Below are positions 49,386-58,179 of a stretch of DNA of 64,000 nucleotides, one piece after another. A model generated the notes under the pieces. It saw only the letters and a program-made list of their open reading frames with translations. It made no database searches and was not told the DNA's origin. The stretch lies in the IMG/VR virus record IMGVR_UViG_3300023202_000383, positions 62,001 to 126,000 of that record. One strand, given 5' to 3'. The stretch's first letter is position 1; each line of letters begins with the position of its first letter. The translations under genes were made by a program, and so were the position numbers.

Positions 49386-50783
49386 ATGGATTATGTTACT
49401 AATCAAGTCGTAGAGTATATATGTTCAGATTGTAAAAAGTCACAAAAAATGAAGTATCGCCGGACCAGATATAATGGTTGGCGATGTAAAAGTTGTAAAT
49501 TAAAAGCATTACACAAGTCTGGCCATTATGATGGCAAGATTGGGTTGAATAAATTATCTGAAGAAGATAAAGATAAATTATCTAAAATAACTTCTGACAG
49601 ATGGAAAAATAAAGAATATCGACGTAAATGGAAAGAATCGAGAAATAAAACCAAAGAAAAAAGATCTAAAATATCGAAGGAGATATGGTCTGACCAAAAC
49701 AGGAAAGATAAATTATCAGAATTGCTCAAAGAAAGGTGGAAGGATCCAGAATACAGAAAATTAAAAAGTGAACAAAGCAAAAAATTATGGAATGATAAAG
49801 ATTATAGATCAAAAACTAGATTCAATAGAGGCAAAATATCGGGATTGCAGGAAACATTTTATTCTATATTAGATGATTTAGGATATGTTGCTTCTGATAG
49901 ATCTGCAGAAAAGCATTATTTTAGAGAATATGAGAACAAGCCGGATGATATAGAATGTTCAGTCGGCAATAAGGGTCCTTATAGTGTTGATTGTGTCATT
50001 CCTAAGTCAGATGGAACATATTTGGCTATTGATATTAATGGAGAATGGCCACACAGCCAACCAAATCGCGTCAAAATAGACGATGCAAAAATGTCATATA
50101 TGAGAAGTTATTTATCAGATCAATATGACTATAGAGTTATATGGGAAGTTGATTTTTTAAGCAAGAATAAGCTTGTTGACACGCTAAAAGAATGGCTAGG
50201 GATAAATGACATCAAAATATCCGAGTTTAGTTTCTCTGATATAGAGATCAAAAAATGTGTGGCTAGCGAATATAGAATATTATTGGGCAAGTATCATTAT
50301 TTGTCAACTGGCACAAGAGGTGGTATTTCTTATGGTGCATACTTGGATAACAAATTAACTGCTGTGTGCATGTTTTCGCCTCTTTCCAGGCAAAATATAT
50401 TGATCCCCAAAGAATATAATCGAAACCAATGTAGAGAACTGTCTAGATTCTGCATTGATCCAAGATACCAGAAAAAGAATTTTGGGTCTTGGTTTATATC
50501 TAGGTGCATTAAACTCTTACATAGAAATATTAAATTTATAATATCATATGCAGACACTACATTTGATCACGATGGGTCAGTATACAAAGCGAGCAATTTT
50601 AAATTAGATAAGGAAGTCCCACCTGATTATTGGTACATGAGGCAAGATGGTTGGGTGCTGCATAAGAGGACAGTATATGGGCACGCCGTTAGAATGTCTA
50701 TGAAAGAATCTGAATATGCAGAAAAACATTATTTAAGAAAAGTATATGGAAATAAAAAACTTAGGTTTGTATATAACCGGTAA
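49386..50783 (+). CDS. Endonuclease (Vsr/DUF559-like) fused to a Mom-like GNAT DNA-modification domain
   Basis: Zinc ribbon, WKDPEYR repeats, YSVDC..AIDINGEWPH; C-terminal KYHYL..ELSRFC..SWFISRC..ISYADTTFDHDGSVYKASNF. Confidence 0.7.
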   Translation: MDYVTNQVVEYICSDCKKSQKMKYRRTRYNGWRCKSCKLKALHKSGHYDGKIGLNKLSEEDKDKLSKITSDRWKNKEYRRKWKESRNKTKEKRSKISKEIWSDQNRKDKLSELLKERWKDPEYRKLKSEQSKKLWNDKDYRSKTRFNRGKISGLQETFYSILDDLGYVASDRSAEKHYFREYENKPDDIECSVGNKGPYSVDCVIPKSDGTYLAIDINGEWPHSQPNRVKIDDAKMSYMRSYLSDQYDYRVIWEVDFLSKNKLVDTLKEWLGINDIKISEFSFSDIEIKKCVASEYRILLGKYHYLSTGTRGGISYGAYLDNKLTAVCMFSPLSRQNILIPKEYNRNQCRELSRFCIDPRYQKKNFGSWFISRCIKLLHRNIKFIISYADTTFDHDGSVYKASNFKLDKEVPPDYWYMRQDGWVLHKRTVYGHAVRMSMKESEYAEKHYLRKVYGNKKLRFVYNR

Positions 50784-50790
50784 GCAGTAA

Positions 50791-51576
50791 TCATACCTCA
50801 AAATCTGGGTCGGTTGCCATATCTAGGATTTTGTTGTCTTTTAGAGCTGCACGAAGCTGTTTTGACTTTATTAGCATTTGATAGTCTTTGCTATCAAACC
50901 ATTTTTTGACCATATTGTATAGTGTTATTGCATTTTCATTCGTCAGATCATGATCTTCTGCAAACACGGGTGAAACGTAATCATTGCCGATTTTCTTTGG
51001 AGTCATTCTTATCTGAATAGCTCCCCGCTCTTTAGACTTTAAAATGTGCTTTGGGTCTGCACCAGGCACTTCCAACATCCTAAATATTATGTTGCTTATA
51101 TCATCTGTGATATAGTCTGTAAATATCCAATAATGACCGGATGACGATTCTATTGTCGCGGATCCGAGATTCCACACAGATTTTATCCAATGCTGCCCAG
51201 CTATCAGGTTTTCTCTTGAGTCACAATCTAAAACCAAGACGTGAATCGGCTTATCTCTCTTCACAAAACATTGTATGGTGCCGTAGTTGGCTTCGTCGGT
51301 AAGCAGATTATTCATAAACTGACTATATCCATCGGAACTTACTTTGCGGCTTCTGTATGTCTCGTCATATGGGTTTTTGCTAACTTTGTCTGTTTCTAGG
51401 ACAAAGTATTTATCCATTGGGCCTGCTAATTCTAAGAATGGGTTCTTGCTTGTTGTTGGGAATTCATCATCATTGCCATCAGCGTCTTTTAGCATCTGCA
51501 CCAATTCTTGCATTTCACTATCTTGCTCGTATTCATCTGGTTCATTCTTGAAGAAAATGTTTTTCAATATCGACAT
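50791..51576 (-). CDS. Hypothetical protein, possibly AEP/primase-like fold
   Basis: VLVLDCD and ESSSGHYWIF resemble AEP motifs I and II (weak). Confidence 0.4.
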   Translation of the reverse strand: MSILKNIFFKNEPDEYEQDSEMQELVQMLKDADGNDDEFPTTSKNPFLELAGPMDKYFVLETDKVSKNPYDETYRSRKVSSDGYSQFMNNLLTDEANYGTIQCFVKRDKPIHVLVLDCDSRENLIAGQHWIKSVWNLGSATIESSSGHYWIFTDYITDDISNIIFRMLEVPGADPKHILKSKERGAIQIRMTPKKIGNDYVSPVFAEDHDLTNENAITLYNMVKKWFDSKDYQMLIKSKQLRAALKDNKILDMATDPDFEV

Positions 51577-51898
51577 CTTGTGTTATTCTCCTGATTTCAT
51601 TAGCTAGAGCTTTGCCAGTTATTGTGCCTGCGTAGTTTGGATCTTTCCATTGCTTCTTGGCTTTATTGCTAGCTTTCTTTTTCTTTTCCTTGGTCCAGGC
51701 TGCAGTTCCGGCACATGATTTGCATGTGTATTTCTTCTTGCCGCGTTTGTTTTGCCTATATACAGCACCGATCGTCACTTCAAATTCTTTGTTGCACTTC
51801 GAGCATTTGATTTTAATCTTGGAGTCAATAGTCTTAGGTGCTGTGTATGTTATTTCCCATTCACCCATATTATCGATTGCGTCTAATATTTTGCTCAT
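51542..51898 (-). CDS. Zinc-ribbon protein with WKDPNY module (nuclease-less relative of the endonuclease N-termini)
   Basis: CSKC..YTCKSCA..KKQWKDPNY. Confidence 0.6.
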   Translation of the reverse strand: MSKILDAIDNMGEWEITYTAPKTIDSKIKIKCSKCNKEFEVTIGAVYRQNKRGKKKYTCKSCAGTAAWTKEKKKKASNKAKKQWKDPNYAGTITGKALANEIRRITQDVDIEKHFLQE

Positions 51899-51982
51899 TT
51901 GTGTCCAGTGATCTGATTTGGCATCTATAATAATTAATCAAAGATATAACAGAGGGTAGAGGAATCCGAGTCAGGAGCCAAA

Positions 51983-52453
51983 ATGATTGATCAGATTTAT
52001 ATGCTAGGTACAATAAGTGAAACGTGGCTAGCTGGCGTTATTATAGCTGTCGCATTATTGATTTTAAAAGTAGTTGATTGGATGATTTCTAAGGCGGAGA
52101 AGAAGGAGCTTTCTACTCTTAGAGAAGCAATCACTAGTTCTATTAATTCAGTTGGGTCTACTTTATCAGAAGATCTAGGTGAAGTTAAAGGATTAATACA
52201 CAAGAACATCGAGATCTCACAAAAGACGTGGGAGCTTCACAACAAATATGATGAGGATGGAGTCCCACTTGTTTATGTTCCAAGAAGTTGGGTAAATCTT
52301 CAAAGTGAGATTGCCAAAACATGCGATTCTATTAGTAGATCTCAAGAATCCATAACTAGAACCCAGGAAGCTTGCCTGAAGGTTTTGGAAAAGATGAATG
52401 ATAGAATGGTTGATGGCAAGATGATAAATAAGGATTCAAGCAAGAAAGACTGA
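51983..52453 (+). CDS. Single-pass membrane protein (holin-like candidate)
   Basis: N-terminal hydrophobic helix WLAGVIIAVALLILKVVDW, then coiled coil; AGGAG RBS. Confidence 0.5.
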   Translation: MIDQIYMLGTISETWLAGVIIAVALLILKVVDWMISKAEKKELSTLREAITSSINSVGSTLSEDLGEVKGLIHKNIEISQKTWELHNKYDEDGVPLVYVPRSWVNLQSEIAKTCDSISRSQESITRTQEACLKVLEKMNDRMVDGKMINKDSSKKD

Positions 52454-52516
52454 TGCAAATATATTTATGATTAATTTGGGATTGATAAATCCTGTCAACA
52501 TTCAAGGAGAATCGAA

Positions 52517-52822
52517 ATGCTGAAGCCAGTACGTTCAAGTCTAAAAGGTGGCGTTCACAATGCAGGCGGAAGTCTGTCCGGTGATGGTCATCGCATGAAG
52601 GGCCAGGGCAAAGGCGTCAACGTCAATGCAGGCAGTGACCAGGTTGGTGGCAAGGCCGTCAAGATGGGTATGCAGGGCGGCGATAATTCTGCTTCTGTTA
52701 AAACAGTAGGCATGGTTGGCCGTAGTCATGGTGATGGTAATGGTGGCGGAACAACTGCCAAGATGGGCCAGCAGGGTGGTGACAACTCTGGTGGTATCAA
52801 GACCGTCCCAATGGGCAAGTAA
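52517..52822 (+). CDS. Small Gly-rich basic head-module protein
   Basis: AAGGAG RBS, capsid-like codon bias, KMGxQGGDNS x2. Confidence 0.7.
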   Translation: MLKPVRSSLKGGVHNAGGSLSGDGHRMKGQGKGVNVNAGSDQVGGKAVKMGMQGGDNSASVKTVGMVGRSHGDGNGGGTTAKMGQQGGDNSGGIKTVPMGK

Positions 52823-52875
52823 TTTCTGTATTATAGAAATTATAAATTCACTCAAAAATACCCTGGAGCCTGAAA

Positions 52876-53580
52876 ATGGACAAGATTCGTGAATTACTGA
52901 ATAAGTTGGGGTCTGAGGAGCTTACAAAGAAGATCCTTGAGGCTTTCGACGGTCACGAAGATGAAATTCGCAAGACCCTCGAGGAAGAGTATGAAACTCG
53001 CCTCAAGAAAGCGAAAGAAGTTTGCGTAGAAGAGGTTGAGGCTTATAAGCGTGAATTGGCACGCAAGGTCCAAGTCTTCTGCGAATCTCGTGCAGATAAA
53101 ATTGAAGGTCAGATAGCCAAGCAAGTGGCAATTCGTGAGTCTGATGCTGAGACCAAGCTTAAGAAGATCGCCGCAGAAGTTGAAGGCGTAGAGCTAAATG
53201 GTCCAAGCGATGATGACGTCCGAGCCATGCAAGAGGAACTAAAATCTCTTAAGAAACAGCTTGCAGCTATCTCTGAGCAGCGTAACAACGCTGTGAATAA
53301 GGCTAACCGTGCACACGGTGTGGCCGAAAGTGCTCTCGAAAGGAACCGTGAGCTAGAATCGAAGCTTGAGGAAGCCAAGAAGGCTAAGTCTGAACCGATC
53401 GAGGAGAGCAAGAAGGGCAAGAAGGACAAGAAAGAAGTCAAGCCTTCGAAGCCAGCTAGCACTCGCAAGACCCTCAAGGAAAATGTTTCGAAGTCACGCA
53501 AGGGCGGGGCAAATTCTGAGCCCAAGCCAAAGCCAAGTGGCTTCAATCCAGAGACAATCGCGTCCCAGATGGACGAGTAA
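52876..53580 (+). CDS. Prohead scaffold protein (gp22-like)
   Basis: Charged coiled-coil protein immediately upstream of the capsid gene. Confidence 0.75.
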   Translation: MDKIRELLNKLGSEELTKKILEAFDGHEDEIRKTLEEEYETRLKKAKEVCVEEVEAYKRELARKVQVFCESRADKIEGQIAKQVAIRESDAETKLKKIAAEVEGVELNGPSDDDVRAMQEELKSLKKQLAAISEQRNNAVNKANRAHGVAESALERNRELESKLEEAKKAKSEPIEESKKGKKDKKEVKPSKPASTRKTLKENVSKSRKGGANSEPKPKPSGFNPETIASQMDE

Positions 53581-53600
53581 TTTTTTAAAGGAAATTGACT

Positions 53601-55151
53601 ATGAGCCACGTGCAGAACACGATTACTGAGACCGCAGACGCCCACAAGGAGTCTGTATTGGTTGAGGCACGTAGGAATACTATGGTCAAGAAGTGGTCGC
53701 CAGTCCTTGCCAAGTGCAAGGAGGTTAACAGAAAGAAGTATGGCCTCATGGCCCAGCTTCTTGAGAACCAGCATCAAGCTTGGAACCCAGAGGGTGGCAA
53801 CTCGATGCTGTTCGAGGATGTTACCACAACTGGCAACGTAGCGGACTTTACCCGCTTCGCACTTCCTCTGATTCGTAAGTCCTACCAGCGTCTGATTGCC
53901 GACAATCTTGTTGGCGTTCAGCCGATGACTCAGCCAGCATCGCTGATCTTCTATATTCGTTATCGTTACGCCATCTCCAAGGGCCAGACGGTTGCGGGTA
54001 CGCAGATCATGCGTCAAAACACCAGCCAGCAGTTCGCTAAGCAGAACGGCTGGGCACTCGATCCGTTCTACTCTTCGCAGTACGTACGTAACGAGGAAGC
54101 CACAGTCGCTGCCGGTACTGGCACTGAGACAGTCACCAAGGTGCTGGATCAGCGTCCGATCTTGGCTGGTACAGTGGTTGTTAACGTTTACGAAGCCGAT
54201 CAGTTCAACCAGCAGTGCGATCTTGACGATGCGTTCCTGCAGGTTACATATGATTCGGACGGCAACGTTGACACCGTTCTTCTCAACTCCGACGACACTG
54301 ATGTAACAGCGGGCCTGGTCGTTGACGAGATGTCCTCGTCCTTCGACGGTTCCACTGGTACTGTCACGCTTGTCGTCACAGGTGCATTCCCAGCGGGTGC
54401 CCGTGCTTTCGTTGACTACGAGTACGACCTCGAAGCCAACCCATTCCAGCCAGAGCTGACTCTGAGCATCGACAGCGACTCGGTCGCCGCCGTTACTCGT
54501 AAGCTCAAGACCGCTTGGTCGCTGGAGGCCGCACAGGACCTCAAGGCTGTCCATAACATCGACGCAGAGGCAACTCTGACCGATCTTATGGCCGACGAAA
54601 TGGTCGCGGAAATCGATCGTGAAATCATCAACGATCTCATCATCGCCGCAGCCATTAGGGCTAACCACAACTTCGCCACCGCAGCCGGTGCCTCGGTCAA
54701 CTTTACTGACCGTAACATCGCCCTGCTCTACAAGGTGCTCGAAGTTGCCAACATCATTCACAGAGCCACCTTGCGTGGTCCTGCCAACTGGATGGTCACC
54801 TCGGCTGACATCGCTTCGAAGTTCGAGCAGCTGAATGACTTCCGTGGCAGCGACGCTCTGGCGGATGAGGGAATCGATATCGGCATCATGAATGCCGGTA
54901 CGATTCAGGGTAAGCTGAAGCTGTACAAGGATCCGCTGTTCCCGAACTGCCGAATCCTGATGGGTTATAAGGGTAATAGCGTCCTTGACGCTGGGTACTT
55001 CTATGCTCCGTACATTCCGCTTCTCAGCACTCCAACCGTGCTCGATCCTAACTCCTTTGTCCCGAACAAGGGTGTGATGACGAGATATGGTAAGAAGCTG
55101 ATAGAAGACGGTGGGCTCTACTATGGAACTGTTACCGTGTCCAATCTGTAA
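53601..55151 (+). CDS. Major capsid protein (gp23-like)
   Basis: KKWSPVL, LLENQ, VGVQPMTQP, TRKLKTAWSLEAAQDL, AEIDREII, GYFYAPYIPL, TRYG. Confidence 0.97.
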   Translation: MSHVQNTITETADAHKESVLVEARRNTMVKKWSPVLAKCKEVNRKKYGLMAQLLENQHQAWNPEGGNSMLFEDVTTTGNVADFTRFALPLIRKSYQRLIADNLVGVQPMTQPASLIFYIRYRYAISKGQTVAGTQIMRQNTSQQFAKQNGWALDPFYSSQYVRNEEATVAAGTGTETVTKVLDQRPILAGTVVVNVYEADQFNQQCDLDDAFLQVTYDSDGNVDTVLLNSDDTDVTAGLVVDEMSSSFDGSTGTVTLVVTGAFPAGARAFVDYEYDLEANPFQPELTLSIDSDSVAAVTRKLKTAWSLEAAQDLKAVHNIDAEATLTDLMADEMVAEIDREIINDLIIAAAIRANHNFATAAGASVNFTDRNIALLYKVLEVANIIHRATLRGPANWMVTSADIASKFEQLNDFRGSDALADEGIDIGIMNAGTIQGKLKLYKDPLFPNCRILMGYKGNSVLDAGYFYAPYIPLLSTPTVLDPNSFVPNKGVMTRYGKKLIEDGGLYYGTVTVSNL

Positions 55152-55180
55152 TAATTTTTACGGAACACGGTATTAGCCAT

Positions 55181-55217
55181 AAAAAGGCGGCTTGGAGACA
55201 AGCCGCCTTTCTTTTTT
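55181..55217 (+). terminator. Rho-independent terminator after the capsid gene
   Basis: AAAGGCGGCTT-ggagac-AAGCCGCCTTT followed by a T-tract. Confidence 0.85.
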
Positions 55218-55270
55218 ATATAATAACAATATATTAGAGACATATCATCATTACTTTTTAGGAATATAAA

Positions 55271-57355
55271 ATGCCGAAATTTAAACAAACTCTACCAGCC
55301 AAACAAATTGAAAAGTGGATACAAAATGGAATGTCAATGAGTGAAGTTGCGAGGCGACTAAATAAAAGTGTTGGTAGCATATCTAATTTCTGCAAAAAGC
55401 ATAGTATAAAATCTAATTTTTCTAGTAAAGCCGTTAATATTCCGGTTGATGAAGCCTATAAACTATATCAAAATGGCGTAAGTATGTATAAGTTAGGAGA
55501 GAAGTATAACCGCCCGCCGTCTCTCGTGAAAAAGAAGCTATTAAAGAAGTATCCAGATCTTTGTATTAGAGATATGGATTCTGCAAAAAGACCAGAATTA
55601 CTCAATGACCCAATAATGCTCGCCGATGAAATGAAGTGCAAGTCATTAAGGCGCATCGCTAAAGAATTAAAAGTTAAAGTTCAAACTGTTAGCAGCGCTG
55701 CAAAAAGGCTTGGGCTAACTGAACTTATAAGAGATCAACTTGTTACAGATAAGCCTGAAGATATTCGGTTGCTATATGAATCTGGACTTAGTCTCACGAG
55801 TTTAGCGGACATCTATAATACTTATCCAACAACGATATCGAATATTATAAAAAGAGCGAAAGGGGCGACTAGACCAAGCGGGGGTGTGATACGTGATTCT
55901 AAATATGATGAATTAAATGATAAGGAATGGTTAAAACACCAATATCATGATCTTGATAGATCTATGGCGTTTATAGCGGCGTGGCTTGGTACGTCTATTG
56001 GGAATGTGTCTCACGCCCTTGACAAACATGGTATTTTAAAGAAACCAAAGAGAAAAGTATACTCTAAATTACGTAGGAAAATTTCGAAACATACGCTCAC
56101 CACCAAATGGGGAACTTGGAAATTGCAGAGCAAGGCCGAGATTGAATTTGTTAATAATATTCCTCAATCCGCTAAATTTGTAGAGTATGAACCTGAAACT
56201 TTAGAATATAATGGTGTTGAATACACACCTGATTTTAGAGTAGATGGTGAATATATTGAGATAAAACCTCCATCATATGCTTGCGAGCCAGGTGTAGATA
56301 GACAAAGATTCGTTAAACAGTTGTGCATTGCTAATAAGAACAACATAGCAATCAAGCCGTGGTATAACGGAAAGTTTTTGGATTATAAAGAAATTGAAGA
56401 CATTGATAAATATTTTGCTTTAAATTGGAAAGTTGTGTTTGATTCATCAAATGTATGCTTCGAATTTTTAAAATCATATGGTTTTAGGCCAGTAGAATGG
56501 AATAAAGATTTTTTGCTCGGCGCACTAAATAAATTACATTCTATTCCAGAAAATCAATGGCTTAACGCCAATTATCAGTGTTCTAAAATAATTGATATGA
56601 TTAGACATTTTAATCCACACTTCTGGTCTTCAACTCACAAAGGTTACAACACTATCAAGATGGCATTTGAGCCTGGTAATCAGACTATACTTAAACAGGC
56701 CTTAGAAAGTTTATGGGAGAAGAAGAGAAATATTAATATTTATGGTCTCGTTCGGATAATAGCGAAGAAGTTTAAAGATTTTGCTATGGTTAGTATTTTT
56801 AAACCGTGGGTCGCTAAGCACGTATATAATAAATTACTTCCGGATGGCGGTATTGTTATAGACCCATGCATGGGTTGGGGCGGTAGATTTTTGGGTACTA
56901 TAGGATATGATATAAAGTATATCGGGTATGACCTAAATAACAATGCGGTGCAATCAAATACTAATTTGGTCGAATTTGTAGGATCTTTGTCGATGCACGA
57001 TCCTGATTTTTCCGTTGCTGATTCTTCTGTCATTGATTGGCCAGATGGTGATTTATTGTTTACTAGTCCACCATATGATGATACCGAATATTATGATGGA
57101 TTAAAAGAACAGTGTCGAGATACGACGCCGATTTATGAGAATATTATGAGGTTTAAGGAGAAGATTGCTTTGAACATCCCTAAGCGTCATACGGATAAGT
57201 GTGTCGAGATTGCTGAGAAACATGGTCGGAAGTTAATTGATATGTATAAGATGAGGACTTCTAATTTTATGGGGAGGCGTGAGAGTACGTTTGAGCCGAT
57301 TCTTATATTTGATAAGCTTCGTGCCAATGGCGTCTTGCCGCTGCGTGTGGTTTAG
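55271..57355 (+). CDS. Multi-HTH + PD-(D/E)XK nuclease + amino (N6A/N4C) DNA methyltransferase fusion
   Basis: About five HTH-like units; YEP..YTPDF..YIEIKP; VIDPCMGWGGR..YIGYD motif I; LLFTSPPY motif IV. Confidence 0.75.
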   Translation: MPKFKQTLPAKQIEKWIQNGMSMSEVARRLNKSVGSISNFCKKHSIKSNFSSKAVNIPVDEAYKLYQNGVSMYKLGEKYNRPPSLVKKKLLKKYPDLCIRDMDSAKRPELLNDPIMLADEMKCKSLRRIAKELKVKVQTVSSAAKRLGLTELIRDQLVTDKPEDIRLLYESGLSLTSLADIYNTYPTTISNIIKRAKGATRPSGGVIRDSKYDELNDKEWLKHQYHDLDRSMAFIAAWLGTSIGNVSHALDKHGILKKPKRKVYSKLRRKISKHTLTTKWGTWKLQSKAEIEFVNNIPQSAKFVEYEPETLEYNGVEYTPDFRVDGEYIEIKPPSYACEPGVDRQRFVKQLCIANKNNIAIKPWYNGKFLDYKEIEDIDKYFALNWKVVFDSSNVCFEFLKSYGFRPVEWNKDFLLGALNKLHSIPENQWLNANYQCSKIIDMIRHFNPHFWSSTHKGYNTIKMAFEPGNQTILKQALESLWEKKRNINIYGLVRIIAKKFKDFAMVSIFKPWVAKHVYNKLLPDGGIVIDPCMGWGGRFLGTIGYDIKYIGYDLNNNAVQSNTNLVEFVGSLSMHDPDFSVADSSVIDWPDGDLLFTSPPYDDTEYYDGLKEQCRDTTPIYENIMRFKEKIALNIPKRHTDKCVEIAEKHGRKLIDMYKMRTSNFMGRRESTFEPILIFDKLRANGVLPLRVV

Positions 57356-57571
57356 TGTGGTGTCTGTTCGGTCCTGCCGCTGCGTGGGATCAGGTAAGGT
57401 AAAGTTTTGCCGCTGCGTGGAGTCAGGTATAGTTCAGTTAGATCATGTTTTGCCGCTGCGTGTGGTCATGTGCAGTTGAGTGCTGTCCTGCCGTTGTGTG
57501 TGGTGTAGTGGCATTCTGTTCCGCCGCTGCGTTGCGTACAGTCCTGTTTCGTCACGTCAAGTCCTGCCGCT
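57332..57571. repeat. Array of GCCGCTGC repeats separated by GTNNN pentamer runs (candidate ncRNA/guide array)
   Basis: Octamer at 57337, 57376, 57409, 57452, 57490 (GCCGTTGT), 57523 and 57566 (partial); spacers of 31, 25, 35, 30, 25 and 35 nt. Confidence 0.85.
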
Positions 57572-57810
57572 ATTTTTATCCATTGCTTTAATTCTTCATC
57601 AAGAATTGGGTCGCCGTGTTGTGGGTCTGCCATATCGATCTCCTTGTATTGCGACATCAATGTCAGTTGCATTTGTTTTCTGAAATTAGTATTTCTTGCC
57701 ACTTGTCTGTGTGTTATTAAAATGACTACAGTTGGGTGCAGATAACTATTGTGGAAAGCTAACGACAAGCTGCGAGATTCGGATCTAGAACCAATAAATA
57801 TTAAAGATAA

Positions 57811-58176
57811 ATGAAATTCGAAGCAATAAAAGTTGTTGGTGTCAAAGACGATAGATTGTGCAATGACATCCAAGATCCCGACGTAGAAGCATGGGTCTTA
57901 TGTACAGTAGAAACTAGCGAAGTACAATATGGTGCATTCATAACTAACGGTGATAAGCATCGGGGGGTGCGAACGACGATTGGGTGGAGTATTGATGCTG
58001 CAAAAGATCTGCAATCGTTGCATGGCTTTAGTGTCTACGATACTTTAAAATCGATATATATTGACGAATTGCAGAAATGTCTTAACAGGGGTTGGGCTAG
58101 CATAGAAGGGGAATGTTTCTTTGATGGCCAAGAAAATTCGGAGATCAAAGAAATAGTTAAAACATATCTGAGTTAG
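57811..58176 (+). CDS. Hypothetical protein containing a major-capsid-like segment
   Basis: WSIDAAKDLQSLHG..TLKSIYIDEL vs capsid WSLEAAQDLKAVHN..TLTDLMADEM. Confidence 0.6.
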   Translation: MKFEAIKVVGVKDDRLCNDIQDPDVEAWVLCTVETSEVQYGAFITNGDKHRGVRTTIGWSIDAAKDLQSLHGFSVYDTLKSIYIDELQKCLNRGWASIEGECFFDGQENSEIKEIVKTYLS

Positions 58177-58179
58177 GTC

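Noticed and set aside
53109-54761. 550-aa minus-strand ORF
   Set aside because: Antisense shadow of the codon-biased scaffold and capsid genes; no recognisable motifs.
57332-57571. CRISPR array interpretation
   Set aside because: The repeat is only 8 bp, the spacers are internally periodic, and there is no leader or cas gene; reported as a distinct array instead.
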